Made by a program: the position numbers and the translations under genes
The notes under the pieces: model-generated
The model's database searches: none
What the model was told of the DNA's origin: nothing
What the model saw: only the letters and a program-made list of their open reading frames with translations
Origin: Patescibacteria group bacterium
Lineage (GTDB): Bacteria; Patescibacteriota; Microgenomatia; Levybacterales; GWA1-39-11
NCBI GenBank assembly: GCA_035549295.1
Contig: DASZRG010000039.1
Coordinates: 31-64,030 of the forward strand
DNA: 64,000 bases
Direction of reading: 5' to 3'
In this document: piece after piece, positions 63,653 to 64,000 of the stretch
Layout: the number at the start of each line of letters is the position of its first letter
Numbering within the stretch: the first letter of the stretch is position 1

Positions 63653-63994
63653 TTAAGCTGCGCTCGGCACTTGGAGGACCCAATTTTTTGAGACGCGGGG
63701 ATCACTGCATAGATTTCGATTGAAGCAGCACGGTCTTCGCATGCCTTTATTGAGCTTATCAAGCATCACATCGAGGTGTTTTTGGCGAGTCTCCTCAGTT
63801 TTTACAGCGCGCACCCATCTTACCCAGTCCCAGTGCGCAAGCGGCGTTGTATCGTCCCATAAAGCCTTGGCTTTAGGAGAAGTTTCAAGTGCTTTCTGCA
63901 TGTCGACTGGAACTTCTGGCTCAACCCAGTCTTGAGTAGGCTCTAGTGAAACCTTAACTGTATCACCCTCTTTTGCCTTGGCATCGACAAGCAA
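63653..63994 (-). CDS. YdeI/OmpD-associated family (DUF1905-type) protein
   Basis: ALWDDTTPLAHWDWVRWVRAVKTEETRQKHLD matches the YdeI-like C-terminal signature. Confidence 0.45.
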   Translation of the reverse strand: MLVDAKAKEGDTVKVSLEPTQDWVEPEVPVDMQKALETSPKAKALWDDTTPLAHWDWVRWVRAVKTEETRQKHLDVMLDKLNKGMRRPCCFNRNLCSDPRVSKNWVLQVPSAA

Positions 63995-64000
63995 TTTTTT

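Noticed and set aside
1-64000. CRISPR arrays or cas genes
   Set aside because: No regularly spaced direct repeats of 25-40 bp with unique spacers were seen. The tandem repeats present are 7-, 9- and 12-bp units, and no Cas-like proteins appear in the ORF set.

Overview
This 64-kb window is low-GC (roughly mid-30s % judged by eye), densely packed bacterial chromosomal DNA. It uses the standard genetic code, with TGA used as a stop codon. The gene content points to an organism with a Gram-positive-type cell envelope and a reduced genome. It includes a sortase next to an LAXTG-type substrate, a FemAB-family transferase, MurE/MurF-like ligases, a PBP5-type DD-carboxypeptidase, many glycosyltransferases, very short intergenic spacers and frequent gene overlaps. 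This profile resembles Candidate Phyla Radiation (Patescibacteria, Saccharibacteria-like) genomes, but that assignment is inference only. The main feature is a ~21-kb co-directional minus-strand operon of 14 ORFs (12828-33836). It combines glycan-building enzymes (GT2, GT4, GT-C, a Wzx-like flippase, a DegT aminotransferase, a CE4 deacetylase, a kinase-fold domain and a nucleotidyltransferase-fold protein, several as unusual fusions) with a secreted glycoside hydrolase, an LAXTG wall-anchored protein, a sortase and a 1242-aa multidomain surface protein. I read it as a dedicated surface glycoprotein and adhesin system. Other genes include typA, rarA, gdhA, malic enzyme, an ABC exporter, an aldehyde dehydrogenase, a Fur-family regulator-ZIP transporter-YibE/F-like operon, and a peptidoglycan peptide-stem cluster (MurE-like, FemAB, DegT, MurF-like). 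There are five tRNAs: Gln-TTG, Ala-GGC, Pro-TGG, Gly-TCC, and a Leu-TAA whose 5' half appears disrupted by a 33-bp insertion. A GC-elevated three-gene island lies at ~2.7-5.1 kb. Three dispersed intergenic repeat families occur. One is a ~70-bp element with inverted ends (5 copies). One is a ~65-bp hairpin element that supplies the stop codon and last four codons of two genes. One is an array of a 9-bp periodic YTTGATACY motif at seven or more sites. A 7-bp x5 tandem repeat sits inside the standalone DegT gene and is a candidate phase-variation switch. No CRISPR arrays, rRNA genes, integrases or transposases were seen. All domain calls rest on motif recognition by eye in the translated ORFs and need HMM or BLAST confirmation.
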